NCBI RefSeq assembly: GCF_018336915.1
Contig: NZ_CP064923.1
Coordinates: forward strand, 4,620,001 to 4,652,000
From: Acaryochloris marina S15
Lineage (GTDB): Bacteria > Cyanobacteriota > Cyanobacteriia > Thermosynechococcales > Thermosynechococcaceae
Direction: 5' to 3'
Length of the DNA: 32,000 nt
Every line of letters starts with the position of its first letter. Position 1 is the first letter of the stretch. Positions 1 through 9,996 of the stretch are shown here, piece after piece. Made by a program: the position numbers and the translations under genes. A model generated the notes under the pieces. That model ran no database searches. It was not told the origin of the DNA and worked only from the letters and a program-made list of their open reading frames with translations.

Positions 1-813
1 TAAGTATTCACGTAAAGGGCCATCACCCACAATGGAGTACTTTAGAGGGTAAGAACAATTTTTGAGTTGTGCAATCGCACGAATACCGTACTCAACACCT
101 TTCTTCTCAACCAAGCGAGCGACGGTTGTAATCTGCACAGGCTCATCCTCCTGGAGTTGTCTGGCAATCCACAGAAACTGTTGACAGTCAATGCCCATAT
201 GATGAACTGCAATTTTATGAGCGGGGCACCCCAGCTCAATTAATCGCTCTTGCCAGTACTGGCTAATCGGTAAAAATTGATCACCTTTGATAAAGAGTTG
301 CCGATAAGCATCCACCCCGGCCTCTTCCAGATACTCAGTGATATCCCAAGCATGAAATGTTGTGCACAGCTTACCCTGAACAGCGCCAATTTCCTGCAGT
401 TGTGAGCCTAAGATGCCTAGATGTCCAAAATGACAATGAACAATATCATAGGTGGGACGGTTTTTGAGGAAAGGAACAACAGCATAAAGCAATCGAAACG
501 ATAGGGCTTGCTTACCATAGCGCCAGATATTGAGCGATCGAAAAATCAACACAGGATCCGTCAAACAGCCCTTTAAAAAAAGGAGAATCCCCTTCAAACT
601 TCTCAAGAGGTAGTTTGAAGGCATCAAGGGATAATACTGAGTGCAGTCCAAAAGCTGATATTTTTCAACATCTGGGTGAACTGTCGTTACATTCTGAGGG
701 CGACTGGCATATATATCTATACTGTGTTTTTCATCAATAATATGCGTAATCTGATTCAGGATAAAAGTTTCTGATATAGATGGAAAAGCTCCAACCAAAA
801 AAGCAATTTTCAT
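1..813 (-). CDS. Glycosyltransferase family 4 (GT-B); N-terminal 271 codons, the gene runs off the left edge
   Basis: Absent from the ORF track because it has no stop in the window. My reverse-strand translation starts at the ATG at 813-811 and reads MKIAFLVGAFPSISETFILNQITHIIDEKHSIDIYASRPQNV...VHCHFGHLGILGSQLQEIG...TTVARLVEKKGVEYGIRAIAQLKNCSYPLKYSIVGDGPLREYL. It stays open to position 1. The layout is typical of EPS GT4 enzymes. Confidence 0.7.
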   Translation of the reverse strand, partial: MKIAFLVGAFPSISETFILNQITHIIDEKHSIDIYASRPQNVTTVHPDVEKYQLLDCTQYYPLMPSNYLLRSLKGILLFLKGCLTDPVLIFRSLNIWRYGKQALSFRLLYAVVPFLKNRPTYDIVHCHFGHLGILGSQLQEIGAVQGKLCTTFHAWDITEYLEEAGVDAYRQLFIKGDQFLPISQYWQERLIELGCPAHKIAVHHMGIDCQQFLWIARQLQEDEPVQITTVARLVEKKGVEYGIRAIAQLKNCSYPLKYSIVGDGPLREYL

Positions 814-837
814 ATAAATATGAGCAAGAATAAATGA

Positions 838-1611
838 CTATTGATTGAATGGCTTTTTAATGTACTTATACTTCAGGATTGGCATGATTAGCTTGTTTTT
901 TGCTTTAAGCCCATACCGTTTAACCTTCTCTTTCAAGCTAATGCGTGGAACTTCGTCATAAGCTAAGTCTTTGGCTAACACACAATGCACATACTGGTTT
1001 TTTCGATCTAAATCCGGGTAGTTAAAATACTGTAATTTGAAATTTCCATGCGCCGCCCATTGGATTAAATCACCAATTTCAATCGTTTCATCGATGACTT
1101 GCAGCTCATCAGGATTATATTGATGTAGATATCTCTGATATTCAGGACTAGGGTACGTTAAAACAACGACAGCGTTCCCCGTTGTAATGCGGTCTAAATT
1201 GGCGAAAAACGATTCATAGTGGTTGGGAGGAAGATGCTCAATCACATCCACCATAGAGACTAAATCGACGGGTTGCTGAATCTTCTCTTCAATTTTTTTG
1301 AATTCATTAATAATATCAACCTTCAAAAAAGTGATATTTTCATTTATTACGGTTTTCTGGGCATAGGCAATATTTTTATCTGCAATATCACAGGCCCAAA
1401 TATGCCCTGTCTTGATCTTGGTTCCAATTTTTTCTGATACCAGTCCGATACCACAACCAATATCCAGGATCTTGCTATCGGGTCGGGTATATTGCCCAAT
1501 TAGTTCTACGGCTTTATCTATGCGCGGATTACCATACAGTCGATAGTTCAACATCCGCGTATCGCGAAATTCATTGTAGTAACTTCTAACTTGTTCTACG
1601 TTGTTGGTCAT
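838..1611 (-). CDS. Class I SAM-dependent methyltransferase
   Basis: 257-aa ORF with an ATG start. SAM-binding motif I is ILDIGCGIG, followed by the acidic loop and a VDVIEHL motif. Confidence 0.8.
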   Translation of the reverse strand: MTNNVEQVRSYYNEFRDTRMLNYRLYGNPRIDKAVELIGQYTRPDSKILDIGCGIGLVSEKIGTKIKTGHIWACDIADKNIAYAQKTVINENITFLKVDIINEFKKIEEKIQQPVDLVSMVDVIEHLPPNHYESFFANLDRITTGNAVVVLTYPSPEYQRYLHQYNPDELQVIDETIEIGDLIQWAAHGNFKLQYFNYPDLDRKNQYVHCVLAKDLAYDEVPRISLKEKVKRYGLKAKNKLIMPILKYKYIKKPFNQ

Positions 1612-1620
1612 TAAGATGTC

Positions 1621-2379
1621 CTATGTTGACTTGCTTGAGTTGACTAGTGGTCGAGCCACAACCAGATAAACAGCCGAATTTTCTTGACGTTGTTCAGGTG
1701 AATAGGAGCTGTCTAAACAGCGAATGACTTGTTGCATCAATACAGCAAATACTCGTTTAAAAGGACTTCTAATCTTGGGGATTAACGCATCTTGAACCAG
1801 GCAGGCTGAAGCGGCTGCAAATCCCAACACTCCCGTTATTTCGACAACTTCCCAGTGGCAGTCCATCAACAGTTTTTGGAGTCCTGCTCCAGTCCAACGC
1901 CAATAATCCGTCGGAATAGGGTGATAGGGCCAATAGCCATGGGTAGACAAGAGTAATAGGCCATCTGATTTGCAGACTCGATGGGCTTCAGCTAAATAAG
2001 CGGCTGGAGATTCGACATGCTCCAATACTTGGGTCGAAATCACTAAATCAACACTGTTGTCACTGAGGTCAACACTGCCTGTATCTGGGTTGATGGCTAA
2101 GTCTGCCATGGGATTACTCGCTAAGTCAGCACCCAAATATTGCTGAACCGTTGGTGTGAATAAACTACGATAGGGCATCGTGCCACAGCCCATATCTATC
2201 GCGGTTAAGTCATGATGCTGTTGGTGCAGGGGCTGGACATGGTTCTTAATCGTTTGCTCTAGGGCCTGACGAAGCTTAATTAAGATATAGTAGCGATCGC
2301 TGGTCCAGGACGGGTTAAGACGAGGATCATCTTCATTGATAGGGTCGATAGGATGATCAGTTACAGTGGTCATGCGCAT
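1621..2379 (-). CDS. Class I SAM-dependent methyltransferase
   Basis: Motif I is AIDMGCGTMP, with STQVLEHV as the post-II motif. The track start at 2394 is a GTG. The ATG at 2379 (MRMTTV...) is preceded by a GGAGAGGGGG Shine-Dalgarno-like tract, so I prefer it. Confidence 0.75.
   Translation of the reverse strand: MRMTTVTDHPIDPINEDDPRLNPSWTSDRYYILIKLRQALEQTIKNHVQPLHQQHHDLTAIDMGCGTMPYRSLFTPTVQQYLGADLASNPMADLAINPDTGSVDLSDNSVDLVISTQVLEHVESPAAYLAEAHRVCKSDGLLLLSTHGYWPYHPIPTDYWRWTGAGLQKLLMDCHWEVVEITGVLGFAAASACLVQDALIPKIRSPFKRVFAVLMQQVIRCLDSSYSPEQRQENSAVYLVVARPLVNSSKST
2293..2300. repeat. HIP1 octamer GCGATCGC (representative of at least 13 copies)
   Basis: By eye I found copies starting at 2293, 3224, 5071, 6391, 13119, 17085, 17873, 20547, 21772, 22230, 27070, 30250 and 30775. 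Confidence 0.9.
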
Positions 2380-2393
2380 TATCCCCCTCTCCA

Positions 2394-3902
2394 CTAAGCA
2401 GTTTTTAAATCAGACATTAATTGTTTGAGATCCCATAAGATGTTTCTGCCTTTTGGTAGAGCTACTAAGGCAGTAAAAAAACTCATGATAGTGACCACAA
2501 AGGCAAGACAGCATCCCCAGAAAGGCTGAGGCTGAATAAGATACCGTAGCGTCCCTAGTGCCAGGATAGTGCATAACGTTGAAAAGCCAAGCGGCGCCAT
2601 GGTTACATAGAAGTCTTTCGTTTTGACAGGGCCATGTCGCCCGACCACAAAGAATAATAAGGGCATCGTGATACATAGGGCGATGCTGGAATAAGAGATG
2701 GCCACACCCAGGGCCTGCCAGGGTAGACCAACCCCAAACGAGAAGATGGTAATGGTAGAACTCAAAAGTCCCCATCGGAATAAATCATCCGTTCGATCTT
2801 GAGTAATAAATAACCAGCCTACAGAATTGGCGATGGGCCGCATGAGTCCTGAAATGCCCAGCAATGCGAAGATAGCACTAGCACCGAGCCACTGTGAGCC
2901 TAACAAAATCTGGATCAGCCAATCCGATGCGGCGATCATAAATAAGATAATTGGCAAGGTCAATAACATCAGTTTTTCTAAGATGCGCAGATAGACTTGT
3001 CGATATCGACTAGGACTATCCACTAAGCGGCTGAGCACAGGGACGGCCACGTTGGTAATCGGGGCGTTAATTTGGCTAATTGGCAAGAGCAAGAGTTGAT
3101 AGGCTTTGGCATAGAGTCCTAATTGTTGCGAGCCCCAGAACTTACCAATTAATACGTTGTCCAAATTGAGAGACAAGTAGTTCACAATGCTGAAGCCGGT
3201 GATATTGCTACCGAAGACCATTAGCGATCGCATCTCGGTATTCCAGCGAGGTAAGCCCGGCACCCAGCGACAAGCAATCCAAATTCCCAGAGTATTCACG
3301 CTAATCGTGACTAGAGACAGGGCGATGAGTGACCAATAGCCCCACCCTAGCCACACACACAAGAAGGCCGCACTCACACCAGATAGCTGTGCAAAAACAT
3401 CATTGAAGGCTAGGGCGTTGTAAGACATCTGCCGCTGAAGTAGAGCAGTATGTTGCACCCCTAAGCCCCCCATGACAATGCCACCCGCTAAAGCAATGGT
3501 AATTAGGGTCAACCTCGGCTCATTATAAAATCCGGCAATCAAGGGCGAGAGGCAAGCGGCGAGAATAGCAACCCCTAAACTAAAACTCACATTAATCCAG
3601 AACAGCGTACTGACCTGCTCATGATTGATATCTTCTTTCTGGACCGTCGCCATAGATAGGCCTAGATCTTTGAAGATCGTCACAAACCCCATGACTGCGG
3701 TCACCATCCCCACCAAACCATAGTCATTCGGGGTTAAGAAACGCCCCAACACGACATTGGCCACAAGGGTCAACGTAAATTTCAACCCCTGAGCAGTGAT
3801 GGTGGTCGCACCACCTCGAACAGCTCGTTGCTTTAAATTTCCTTGCAAATGCTTCGTACTGAAAAAAGCATCTGCAGTATGATTAGACTTTCGAATACGC
3901 AA
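2394..3902 (-). CDS. Polysaccharide flippase, Wzx-like (MOP/PST family), polytopic membrane protein
   Basis: 502 aa and highly hydrophobic with many predicted TM segments. The N-terminal LKQRAVRGGATTITAQGLKF is typical of Wzx/PST exporters. The track start is a TTG, so the start is uncertain. Confidence 0.75.
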   Translation of the reverse strand: MRIRKSNHTADAFFSTKHLQGNLKQRAVRGGATTITAQGLKFTLTLVANVVLGRFLTPNDYGLVGMVTAVMGFVTIFKDLGLSMATVQKEDINHEQVSTLFWINVSFSLGVAILAACLSPLIAGFYNEPRLTLITIALAGGIVMGGLGVQHTALLQRQMSYNALAFNDVFAQLSGVSAAFLCVWLGWGYWSLIALSLVTISVNTLGIWIACRWVPGLPRWNTEMRSLMVFGSNITGFSIVNYLSLNLDNVLIGKFWGSQQLGLYAKAYQLLLLPISQINAPITNVAVPVLSRLVDSPSRYRQVYLRILEKLMLLTLPIILFMIAASDWLIQILLGSQWLGASAIFALLGISGLMRPIANSVGWLFITQDRTDDLFRWGLLSSTITIFSFGVGLPWQALGVAISYSSIALCITMPLLFFVVGRHGPVKTKDFYVTMAPLGFSTLCTILALGTLRYLIQPQPFWGCCLAFVVTIMSFFTALVALPKGRNILWDLKQLMSDLKTA

Positions 3903-3936
3903 GGGTTCGGCCTGATTGATCGGTCGACAAACTCAC

Positions 3937-6228
3937 TTAAGCTTTTAGGTAAGCATAGTTCTTATGGGTGGGACTCACGCCATTTGCCACTAGACCAATC
4001 ACATTCAATTTCTTATGAGCAGAAATTGCTTGTGATAACTCTAACCGGGTGACTTGTTTCATTCGACCCACCATCACAACACCATCGCATCCTAAGCCGA
4101 TAGGAATGGTATCTACGACGCCCAACACTGGAGGACTATCAATCAAAATCAAATCATAGTTATTTTCAAAGCCTTTGAGAACATTTTGCATCCGTTCTAA
4201 ACTCAATAGCTTTACTGGATCTGCCGATAGAGGTCCAGCGGTCAACACATCAATACTCAGATCAGACGGAGGCAGCGTTCCTGGATCTAGCTCAGACTCA
4301 TCCCAACGCATATAAACCCATTGTGGGGTAGTCTGTAGCTCCGCCAAGGTGACATCTCCATTGAGGAGAGTCGATAATCCTTGATGGTTATTCAGGTTAA
4401 ACATGTAGTGCAAGCTTGGATTTCGCAGATCTGCATCAATCACTAAGACACGTTGATCTAACCGAGCAGCACTAATTGCTAGGCCTAAGGCCAAGGTAGA
4501 TTTACCCTCTCCAGTCCCAGCTGAAGTAATCATCAAAGTTTTATAGGGGTTTTTGGTTTGTAGCAGCTGGATGTTGGTATAGATTAAGTCCAGGGATTCT
4601 CGCAGGGGTTGCCATTGAAATAGTTCTGGCGTAGTAAAGGTGGGGCTTTGGGTTTCTGTTAAGGGCAGAATGAGAGAGTCTCGCAAGTCAGAGGTAGAGA
4701 GTTCAGGGATAGCGCCCAGTAAAGGCAAGGGGAACTGATTACCTAAATCATCTGAGTTATGAAACTTATCGTCCATTGCTTCGCGCACAAAGGCTGCGAT
4801 GCCACCCAGAAATAACCCCACGACTGCTCCCAACATCAAATTGCGTCGGGCGTTGGGACTAATTTGAACCCCCTGCTGGGGCGCTTCTACCACTTGCCAA
4901 TCAAAGCCATCTCGGGCAATCTCTAATCCCAGCTCTTGGCGGGCTTCTAGAAGCTTCTGCAACGTCCCCCGTCGAGTAGAGACTTCTGGTTGTAGGCGGT
5001 TGAACTGGGCCAATAACTCAGGATATTGCTTGAGTTCAGTCGTTAACTTTGCTTCGGTTTGCGCTAAGCTGCGATCGCGTGCTTGCAAACTCTGCAAGCT
5101 TTTCTGAAGTTCACTCAACTGCCGAACCAGGGATAAGTCATTGTCCCCAAATTGGCCTGCATTGAGTTGGTTCTCACTGGTGGGCAACTGACCCGCATCA
5201 TTCCCCAATACCCGACCCACTTCCTGCTCTAATAGAGCCAATTGATCTCGGCGCTGATTGAGTAAATTGAAAATGATGGGATGATCTTCCGTCAAAGTTT
5301 GGCGTTTTTGCGCTAACTCTAATTCAGTTTGCTGAATTTGATTCAACAGAGACTGATACCGAGGCGATTCACTTAACCGAGCCGATGTTCGAGCTTGATC
5401 AGGGGCTAACTGAATCTGCCGCTGCACACTGGTAAAACTGGCATAGGTTTCTCGGTATTGAGCATCTAAAGCCTGTCGTTCAGTTTTGATCCGGTCTAAA
5501 GCAGCGGATGCGGTTTGGGCTTGTGTAGCAGGGTCAATCACATTGGTGCCACTGCGAAAAGTCTTCAGGGCAGCCTCTGCTTCCAAAACGCTGCGGCGAA
5601 CTTCTGGCAATTGCTTATCAATAAACGCCAAACCCTTGGAGAGACGGAGCTTCTGCTGTTCTAGGTTATAGAGTTGATAGACAGATAAGACTGTTTCTAA
5701 AATCTGTTGGGTTTTTTCAGGCTGAGTACTGATGTAACTGGCGGCCAAGACCTTTGTTGCGACCTTTCCTTTACCCGTTCGATCTGGACCATATACAGGA
5801 CTAAAAGACAAAGATGATCGTAGATCCTCAATGGTGATATTTGGATAGTCTGTTTGTAGCCGTTCAACAGCCCTAGACAGAACTTCAGCCCCCGTCAACA
5901 CTTGCAGTTGTGTCGTGAGATCCACTTGAACATTCGGATCAGCAAACCGATTCTCTGCGGTCTTCGGCCCTAAACCATTCGGTTTGGACTGATAGTTGGA
6001 CTCCACCAAAAGCTGCATCGTACTTTGATACAGGGGTTGAGTTTTTAAAGTCAGGAAAATAGAGCCTGCCAAAGCGCCCACAAAGGCACCTAGAAACCAA
6101 AATTTCCGCCGGATTAAGATCGAAAGCAGATGCCCATAGCCCCAGTCTTTGTCAATGGTTTGGGCAATCAAAGCATCTTGTTGATGCGCAAGCTTATTAG
6201 GGGGTTTGTATAAACTGCTTTCAGTCAC
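3937..6228 (-). CDS. Polysaccharide co-polymerase / BY-type tyrosine autokinase (Wzc/GumC-like)
   Basis: 763 aa with an N-terminal chain-length-determinant region, two TM segments and a long coiled coil. The C-terminal P-loop ATPase has Walker A SAGTGEGKST, Walker A' VLVIDADLRNPS and Walker B DLILIDSPP. GTG start. Confidence 0.85.
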   Translation of the reverse strand: MTESSLYKPPNKLAHQQDALIAQTIDKDWGYGHLLSILIRRKFWFLGAFVGALAGSIFLTLKTQPLYQSTMQLLVESNYQSKPNGLGPKTAENRFADPNVQVDLTTQLQVLTGAEVLSRAVERLQTDYPNITIEDLRSSLSFSPVYGPDRTGKGKVATKVLAASYISTQPEKTQQILETVLSVYQLYNLEQQKLRLSKGLAFIDKQLPEVRRSVLEAEAALKTFRSGTNVIDPATQAQTASAALDRIKTERQALDAQYRETYASFTSVQRQIQLAPDQARTSARLSESPRYQSLLNQIQQTELELAQKRQTLTEDHPIIFNLLNQRRDQLALLEQEVGRVLGNDAGQLPTSENQLNAGQFGDNDLSLVRQLSELQKSLQSLQARDRSLAQTEAKLTTELKQYPELLAQFNRLQPEVSTRRGTLQKLLEARQELGLEIARDGFDWQVVEAPQQGVQISPNARRNLMLGAVVGLFLGGIAAFVREAMDDKFHNSDDLGNQFPLPLLGAIPELSTSDLRDSLILPLTETQSPTFTTPELFQWQPLRESLDLIYTNIQLLQTKNPYKTLMITSAGTGEGKSTLALGLAISAARLDQRVLVIDADLRNPSLHYMFNLNNHQGLSTLLNGDVTLAELQTTPQWVYMRWDESELDPGTLPPSDLSIDVLTAGPLSADPVKLLSLERMQNVLKGFENNYDLILIDSPPVLGVVDTIPIGLGCDGVVMVGRMKQVTRLELSQAISAHKKLNVIGLVANGVSPTHKNYAYLKA

Positions 6229-6238
6229 AATCTGTATT

Positions 6239-7363
6239 TCAACTTATAGAAGGAACAAAAGAATTTTGATTAATCGTTTGAGCGGGATAAATTTGGTTAA
6301 TAACTTGATGGATTTTTTGAAAGAAGACGGGTTCGGAAAAGTGTGACAGGGCATGGTTTCGAATGTATTGATAGTCCCATTCGATCTGTTGCGATCGCAC
6401 GAGTGCTGCCTGCAGAGATGAGGCTGTTTGTTTATTGAAAAACACACCCGTCTGGCCTGGAACTTGGGTATCGAGTACACCACCCGCACCAAAAGAAACC
6501 ACTGGCGTTCCGCTGGCATTTGCTTCAACGGGAACCAAACCATAATCTTCTAGGGCTGCCACGACCACTGCTTTAGCTTTGGCCATCAGATGACAGCGCT
6601 CTGCATCAGAGATATATCCTAGAAATTCGACGTTTGATTTAGCTCGACGTTCTAAATGCTCCCGTTCCGGGCCATCTCCCATAATCTTCAAAGGCCAACC
6701 CAACTGATTAAACGCATCAATAATAACGTCAACACGCTTATAGCCCAACAATCGGGCAGATACTAAGAAAAAATCTTCTTTTTGGTCCGAAAAAGAAAAT
6801 TTAGAATTATCAATTGGATAGTTGACTACAATCGCTTGCTTACTATAAGTCGATTGGATACGGCCGGCGACTTCAGTCGAATTAGCAATATATAGATCGG
6901 GCTCTTGGGCATAGGCGAGATCAGCCTTCCTCATGACCCGAAACATTTTCTCGATAAAAGGGTAGAGATGCTGATAGTCTGCATACTCTCTCAAATAGGT
7001 TTGGGTGTCCCACAGAAAACGAGTGATGTTATGGCAAAAGCAGATATGTTTTGCATCCGATCGGGTTCGCACCGCTTTAGCAAAGCTGGTGCTACTGCTA
7101 ATAATTAGGTCATATTTCTGTAAATCCAACGCTCTAAAAGCTGGATAATAGAAAGGAGCCAACAGCCTAAAATACTTGGTTGCCCCTGGTAATTTCTGTA
7201 AAAGAGTTGTATGAACAAGTCGATCGCCCAACTCTATCGTTTGTTGTGGATCGTATAGAGAAGTGAATATATCTGCACTGGGGAAGTGACGACACAACAG
7301 CTCGAAAACCCTCTCAGCGCCTCCGCGTTGGGTTAGATAGTCATGAACTAGGGCAATCTTCAT
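6239..7363 (-). CDS. Glycosyltransferase family 4 (GT-B)
   Basis: 374 aa. The N-terminus MKIALVHDYLTQRGGAERV and the E-x7-E region EDYGLVPVEANASGTPVV are typical of GT4 retaining transferases. Confidence 0.85.
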   Translation of the reverse strand: MKIALVHDYLTQRGGAERVFELLCRHFPSADIFTSLYDPQQTIELGDRLVHTTLLQKLPGATKYFRLLAPFYYPAFRALDLQKYDLIISSSTSFAKAVRTRSDAKHICFCHNITRFLWDTQTYLREYADYQHLYPFIEKMFRVMRKADLAYAQEPDLYIANSTEVAGRIQSTYSKQAIVVNYPIDNSKFSFSDQKEDFFLVSARLLGYKRVDVIIDAFNQLGWPLKIMGDGPEREHLERRAKSNVEFLGYISDAERCHLMAKAKAVVVAALEDYGLVPVEANASGTPVVSFGAGGVLDTQVPGQTGVFFNKQTASSLQAALVRSQQIEWDYQYIRNHALSHFSEPVFFQKIHQVINQIYPAQTINQNSFVPSIS

Positions 7364-7821
7364 AATTCGTTCGTACTTTAGCTGCTACTTCACCAGGACC
7401 CTTTGTTCAATTTTTAGAAATCACACGGATGTGGAGGAATAGGCTAGACAATATCATGAGCTTGACGATACAACACTTCGTAAAAGGATACCCTAAACAT
7501 GAGAATTATTGCTTTATAAAGATGACAGAACCCAATTCAATCCATAGCGCAGCTACTTCACTGTTCACTGCATGGGTTATCTATTCTATAAAACTTCAAT
7601 CTCAATATTCTCTGAAGAAAAGAAGCTAGGAATTCTCAATTTTTCTTTCAGCAATAGTCTCTCTTTCAACGCATGAGGGAGAATGATGTTTAAAGGTATT
7701 AGAAGTAAGTGAAAGTCCTGGGAACTTGGCCCAATTAGCCCACTTGCACCCCAGCAGGTTAAGTATAGCGTGGCATTTTTCCCCTCGCCAGATAATTTAG
7801 AAAGTTTTTCGTTAGTATCGG

Positions 7822-9636
7822 TTATCGATAGTTCTGAGCTTGGGTTTCAAACATCGATGCATAGACCCCATTCAGGTTCATCAGCGTATTATGATTACCT
7901 TCTTCAATCATGTGACCTTGTGACATCACATAAATATAGTCCGCCATCTTAACTGTCGACAATCGGTGACTAATCAAAATGGCGGACTGATCTTGTATGA
8001 GCTCCCGAAACTGTTGGAAAACCTCATACTCAGCTTTGGGGTCCATTGCACTGGTTGGCTCATCCAGAACAATCACTTGGGAATCTCGAAGAAAGGCACG
8101 AGCCAAAGCGATTTTCTGCCACTGCCCAATACTGAGTTCTTCTCCCTGATCAAACATCTTGCCTAAGACAGTATCGTACCCTTGAGGTAACGACTGGATC
8201 ACTCTATCGGCCCCGGATAGTTGAGCCGCCGATCGGATTCGATGCTCATCGGCAGGTCTCTCAATATTCCCTAACTGGATATTCTCTCGGGCAGTGAAAT
8301 GGTATTTAGCATAATCTTGAAAGATGACGCTGATATGGCTTTTCAGCTCAAGCTTGCTAAAGTTTTTGAGATCAATCCCATCAATTGTGATATTCCCTTC
8401 AGTAGGATCGTAAAGCCGACAAAGTAGCTTAATTAATGTCGTTTTGCCAGAACCATTTTCACCCACTAAAGCAATGACTTGTCCTGGCTGAAGCTTGAGA
8501 GAAACATTGTGAATAGCTTGACGCTGGGTCGTTACATATTGAAAGCTCACATTATTGAAGGCAACTCCAGTGGCTAAACTCCCTGGAAAAGGCTGCGGGC
8601 ATTCTGGCTCCAAAACTTTTGATTCTATATCTAAAAACTCGTATAGATTCGCAAGGAACAAATTATCCTCATAAAGTCCAGATAGACTCCGTAACAAACC
8701 CTTCAGACTATTTTGGCCTTTTTGCAGTGCCTGATAGTAGAGAACTAAATCCCCTAATTTGAGCACTCCCAACAAAGTTTGTTGGACCATATAGACAAAG
8801 ATGGCAAATACAAACAGTCCTGCAATTACCTGGGCTCCAAAAAAGGCAAAGGATCGTTTGGAAACTATGCCTACTTTTTCTTTATAGATTATTTCCCGTA
8901 ACTGGGAATATCTGTGTTTGAAATGTTCTCCTAAGTTAAATAGACGAATTTCCTTGGCAAACAAATCGCTGGTTTGTAACCACCCCAAATACATCGCCTG
9001 CCGTTCCAGCTGAGTACGACGACGCTTCCAGTGGTACATCACCCCTGCAAACTTCATCCGCACCAACACAGTCGGAATAGCAGCAACAAACAAAATCCCC
9101 ACAATGCTCCAATGCAAGGCTAATAACAATCCCAACATTGCGATCAGTGAAATTGAACTTTGCCCGGCCAAGGCTAACCGATCCAGGATACGGGGAGGGC
9201 GATAGGGAGCCTCTTGTTGTGCCCGCTGCAAGGCATCATAATACTGGGCATTTTCGTAATACTCTAAGTCGGCTGAAATAGATTTAGAGTGGATAATGCC
9301 CTGCATATAATCCGTGACCCGCTGAGCATGAGCAATGGTAACCAAGTCCGATAGCGAGGCAAAGAAGGTCGTACTAATCGTCAAGCAAGCGGCAACAACC
9401 AATAAAGGAACGATATCGTTGATCGCTGATGCCCGGTTAGAGAGTGCTAAGCTAATCGTCACTTGGTCGACAATCAGCTTAGTCATATAAATGGAAAATA
9501 AGGGTAGGATGCCCTGAATGATGACCAAGCCAATGCGCGCCAAAGTCCAGTTAGGACCGCTTTGCCAAACCAATTTCAAAGCTGGTATGAAGTGCAAGGG
9601 ACGTTTGAATCTTGCTTTGATAAATCCAGTCAGCAT
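7822..9636 (-). CDS. ABC transporter, fused permease and ATPase; candidate lasso-peptide exporter (D protein)
   Basis: 604 aa with an N-terminal 6-TM domain. Walker A is GENGSGKTT, the signature is LSIGQWQKIALARA and Walker B is VIVLDEPTSAMD. It is co-directional with the two precursor genes and lies immediately downstream of them. Confidence 0.85.
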   Translation of the reverse strand: MLTGFIKARFKRPLHFIPALKLVWQSGPNWTLARIGLVIIQGILPLFSIYMTKLIVDQVTISLALSNRASAINDIVPLLVVAACLTISTTFFASLSDLVTIAHAQRVTDYMQGIIHSKSISADLEYYENAQYYDALQRAQQEAPYRPPRILDRLALAGQSSISLIAMLGLLLALHWSIVGILFVAAIPTVLVRMKFAGVMYHWKRRRTQLERQAMYLGWLQTSDLFAKEIRLFNLGEHFKHRYSQLREIIYKEKVGIVSKRSFAFFGAQVIAGLFVFAIFVYMVQQTLLGVLKLGDLVLYYQALQKGQNSLKGLLRSLSGLYEDNLFLANLYEFLDIESKVLEPECPQPFPGSLATGVAFNNVSFQYVTTQRQAIHNVSLKLQPGQVIALVGENGSGKTTLIKLLCRLYDPTEGNITIDGIDLKNFSKLELKSHISVIFQDYAKYHFTARENIQLGNIERPADEHRIRSAAQLSGADRVIQSLPQGYDTVLGKMFDQGEELSIGQWQKIALARAFLRDSQVIVLDEPTSAMDPKAEYEVFQQFRELIQDQSAILISHRLSTVKMADYIYVMSQGHMIEEGNHNTLMNLNGVYASMFETQAQNYR

Positions 9637-9960
9637 AAACGGCCATTTGACAATGCATAGTGCAGAATTATCCTAACGCTGTACGAACACACTCAGCGAG
9701 AGAGGTGAAAAACATGGCCAGCCCTAGTCAAAATCCTGGGTCATAGGATGGAGCTGATCTGCCAGATCGTTCACATTTCAATAATGAGGTCGAAGTCTTA
9801 GGGAGACTGCCTTACACCCCAGAGAAGCAAAGTCGTCATCCATATGGCTAAGCTGAAAAAGCCTGCATCCGAACAGCAAGGACTCATTCAGCAACACTGA
9901 AACCGTTGATCTTAAACAGGCCGTTATCGAGGAGATGCAATGTTGTGATCTGTTTTAGCT

Positions 9961-9996
9961 CAAACAAATAGAGCCAGCATTTTGAAGGCTGACTCT
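9961..9996 (-). terminator. Candidate intrinsic terminator or attenuator after the precursor genes
   Basis: The minus-strand RNA reads AGAGUCAGC-(9 nt loop)-GCUGGCUCU, a 9-bp stem with one G.U pair, followed by AUUUGUUUG. It begins about 40 nt after the stop of precursor A2. Confidence 0.4.

Noticed and set aside
42-239. 65-aa minus-strand track ORF at the left edge
   Set aside because: It is in a different frame from the continuous 271-codon GT4 reading frame (1-813), which has clear glycosyltransferase character. This is a shadow ORF.
2410-2775. Nested or antisense track ORFs inside larger genes
   Set aside because: The ORFs are 2410-2775, 5486-5671, 6244-6543, 6905-7108, 7966-8166, 11259-11525, 11758-12055, 12277-12758, 13073-13294, 13612-13812, 15664-16138, 17525-17855, 18221-18557, 19520-19873, 21969-22197, 22912-23181, 23450-23638, 24099-24359, 25217-25597, 26330-26838, 28932-29162, 30308-30532 and 31209-31430. 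All overlap well-supported longer genes in other frames or strands, and none has a recognisable motif. I treat them as frame shadows.
7364-7821. AT-rich 458-bp gap between the EPS and lasso blocks, including the 66-aa ORF 7429-7629 and the 60-aa ORF 7770-7952
   Set aside because: The ORF products look random and have no ribosome-binding sites, and 7770-7952 overlaps the ABC gene's 3' end. I found no repeats, att-like sequences or clear terminator here, so I cannot call it an island boundary.
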